In this document: piece by piece, positions 61,251-64,000 of the stretch
How the letters are laid out: every line of letters begins with the position of its first letter
Numbering within the stretch: the first letter of the stretch is position 1
Made by a program: the position numbers and the translations under genes
Source of the DNA: Psammoneis japonica
Taxonomy: Eukaryota
Direction: 5' to 3'
Length of the DNA: 64,000 nucleotides
Assembly (NCBI GenBank): GCA_008632985.1
Contig: QPGO01000250.1
Span: 1 to 64,000, forward strand
The notes under the pieces: model-generated
The model's input: only the letters and a program-made list of their open reading frames with translations
Database searches by the model: none
What the model was told of the DNA's origin: nothing

Positions 61251-64000
61251 GAATGACCAATGAGAGCACATTCCCTCTCTCCACTCACCAGGAGTTGCTG
61301 ACAAAGTGTGAATGGAGGAAGCTTGCCTGCACGTGCTGCCTGGGAATCAGTCGATGCCGCGCCACTGTTGCAGCCAGCAGGATGTCCCCGCTTGCAACGA
61401 TTCCACCCCCTCCCGCGGGTCACTTCCTCCCACAGCCATTTGCCTTTCTGTCACAAGTGCCACCTGCATTTCCACCAGAGCACTGCCATCACATGATGCC
61501 TTGTCCCCCAACGTGCCAACCACATGTGCCTCCGGCAATGCTGCTCTTCCCAAAGGTGGTGCAGCAGATTGTAGACCACCACAAAAACAATTCCATGCCC
61601 TTGAATTTTCTGTAAAAAACAAAGATCAATGAAAAACAAAAAATGAGTGAGAAAATTGGTGAAAGCATGATTGACAATCGAAACAGTGCCAGCCTGTCTC
61701 GAATCGCACAATCGATTTTCTGGCACACTTTGACAAAACCACAAATCCACAATTCTCACTGACACAAAATGTGACCAACCTTGTCGGATAGATTGTGGAA
61801 ATGTTGTTAAGAATGAAAAAAGAAACGGGAACAATGTTGATGTTGTGTTCTGTAACTTGCACCAAAGGTGCCATGGTCGATCGACAACCGTCGCAATGAT
61901 GTCGCGGTGCTTTCAACAAACTCAAGATTTAACATCCGGGTTACTTTTGTGCGCTGAGGCTCGCTTCGCTCGCCGTTAAATTCAAACGGTCACCAACTAG
62001 CCCAAAAAATTTGCCGCGGTTCCAGGCAAAATCAGCAGAAGGAAGGAGAGCAGACGGGGAGGTCACGGCGTGGAGAAAGGCAGAGCAGGAAGCAGCAGAG
62101 TTGCAGAGGTCGGCAAAGGAAGACCAAGGAGGCTTGGGCAAGGACCAGGTGAAGGAAAGCGTGGAGCTGAAGAGAAAGCAACGACTGAAGCAGCTGAGGC
62201 TGCCAAGGTGGTCAACGGCAAAAGAAAGGGCAAAGATGCCGCTGTTTTGTTGAGGGAGGCAACAGCGAGGAGCCCATCAGAAGAAGAGGTGGGAGGTCCA
62301 AGGAACTTCAACCTCACACTCAAGTGGTGTGCCCAAGCTGAAACAGGGAAAAAGAGAGCAGCAGGCAGACCAGGAGGAGGCAGGGTGGAAAAGGAGCTTG
62401 GGGGAGACGGCGACATCAACAGCAGTGCAGTGGCAGTGGGAGGGAGCCAAAAGAGAGAGGCAGGAGGCAGCACGGAAATGCTGATGTCAGCATGGCAAAG
62501 AAGCAGGTGGCCAGAGCAAGGTTTGCAGCTTTAAGATGAATGTCTTCAGAAGAGCAACAGAGCTTGGCAAGAGGGCCCAATGTCAGGGACACAACGAAGA
62601 GGGTGTCATGAAGGCTGTTGGAGAGGTTGGACTTGTGAGCACATTCACAAGAGAAAGCATGATTGCTGCAGGCATCAAGCACAATGTGGTCAACATGCTG
62701 CATGGCAAAATCTTTTTGTGTTGAGTTTGTGTTTTCTTTTTTTGTGCCATTTGAGTGCTGACATGCTCCTGCCCTGGGCATGAGCTTGCAGCAGTGCTGG
62801 CCTGTCACACAGCCATTTTTTGCCATCATTTGCATGCACATTTCTGCTGTGTGTGCTCTGCCAAGGAGTTGCTCCACACTCCCCATTTGCAAAGCTCAAG
62901 AAATTTCATTTGGTGCACTTGCGGGAACAGCAGCACGCCAAGCACGCTCTTCAATGTTGGAAGAGAACACACCATGCTAAGCAAGAAACGATGCTCTTCA
63001 ATCATGGACAAGTTTGTGCATTTGCAAAATTGCCTCTTTTTCTGTTGGCAATCATTGATTTGTTCATCACCTGACAATTTTGCTGCAGAGCTCACACACA
63101 GAATTGGTCTGGAATGTGTCTGCTTGCCAAAGATGCCATCTGTGGCCCTGCTTTGTCACGGCTTTGTGGGTGCAGGGCTGATTGTCTCACATGATCAGCT
63201 GTTGCTTCTGCAATGATGGCATGTTTTTCACAGTGTTTGCACCACACCAGCACTCCAATCAAGAAGCCTTTCTCACTTGCTGCTCCCACTTGACAACCCT
63301 TTGTGGAAAGTTTTGTGAACAATGTTGGTGTGCTTGCAATGCTCTTGGCTTGCTTCTCAGGGACTTGGCTGGCTTGCAAACATGGCACGCCATTTTTCAC
63401 CATCACAATTTCTGGATGCACTCCAATCACAGGTGGGAATCCGCTCGACAGTGTGTTGGAACATCTGGGTGCAAGGTGGTTCTTTTGCTGCTGGCAGAAG
63501 GGCAGACAGACAATGTTGCAGTTTGTGACACACTGGCGATTGTTGTGATGCGGTGATTCTGCATTTTTGCAACTCTTGACAAGCTGCAGGTCATGTGCTC
63601 ACTTTTTAGCTTCTGCACCTGGTTGACACAAAAACAGCATCAAAAGCATCCGAAATGTGTTTGCAGGCCATGCAGTGAGTTGGGGATCAGCAAAGCCAAA
63701 CGCACGCTGGCCCGCAAGCTGTGCAAGTCCAACACAGCAGCTGAAAAGTCATGGCATGACACTCAAAGGAGTGGCATCATTCAAATGCAAAGATTCTGAG
63801 GGCCTTGCTGTGGGACAGCCACAAGGGCTGCCGAAGGAAGGCGCGGTGAGGTTGTGTCAAGCTGGGACAAAATGGGCAAGGATGCTGAGTGAGGAAGTGC
63901 AAAACAGATTCAAAGGAGCGGGTGCATGATGCCATTGCTGAGTCAGGGCGACAGGCAGATGGTTGCACAGAGACTGTGAGAAAGATGAGCAAGCATGTCA

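Larger units (their letters stand above)
60400..64000. other. TpA-depleted domain extending to the window end; TA partly retained at ~61560-62000
   Basis: Almost no TA in 62000-64000; overlapping Tyr-free ORFs. Confidence 0.85.

Noticed and set aside
60120..61946. TIR pair (gtaacc / ggttac) delimiting a DNA transposon
   Set aside because: The match is only about 6 bp and no TSD is evident

Overview
Eukaryotic nuclear DNA, inferred to be from a pennate diatom (Seminavis-like) on the basis of gene families and one GT-AG intron. Intact genes are few: an F-box protein, a Uma2/PD-(D/E)XK-like protein and two tandem secreted Cys-rich repeat proteins. They lie among broken host-gene copies (purple acid phosphatase-LRR, mercaptopyruvate sulfurtransferase, isocitrate lyase, arylsulfatase, PRCC-like, FG-GAP), a ~4 kb dispersed repeat present twice, a MITE and several tandem repeats. 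The dominant signal is that about half of the window forms sharply bounded multi-kb domains (~2.8-7.4, 9.9-21.3, 29.5-33.5, 37.5-39.5, 45.1-48.0, 49.9-52.4 and 60.4-64.0 kb) where TpA is almost absent, CpG is reduced and TpG/CpA is strongly enriched. Internal comparisons (repeat copies, TIR arms, a target-site duplication, a duplicated promoter, conserved Tyr codons turned into Cys/His) indicate directional TA->TG/CA and CG->TG/CA transitions. This suggests a RIP-like regional hypermutation process whose TpA polarity is opposite to fungal RIP. The dense Cys/His-rich, Tyr-free ORFs in these domains are artefacts of losing TAA/TAG stops. All comparisons were made by eye; no searches were run.
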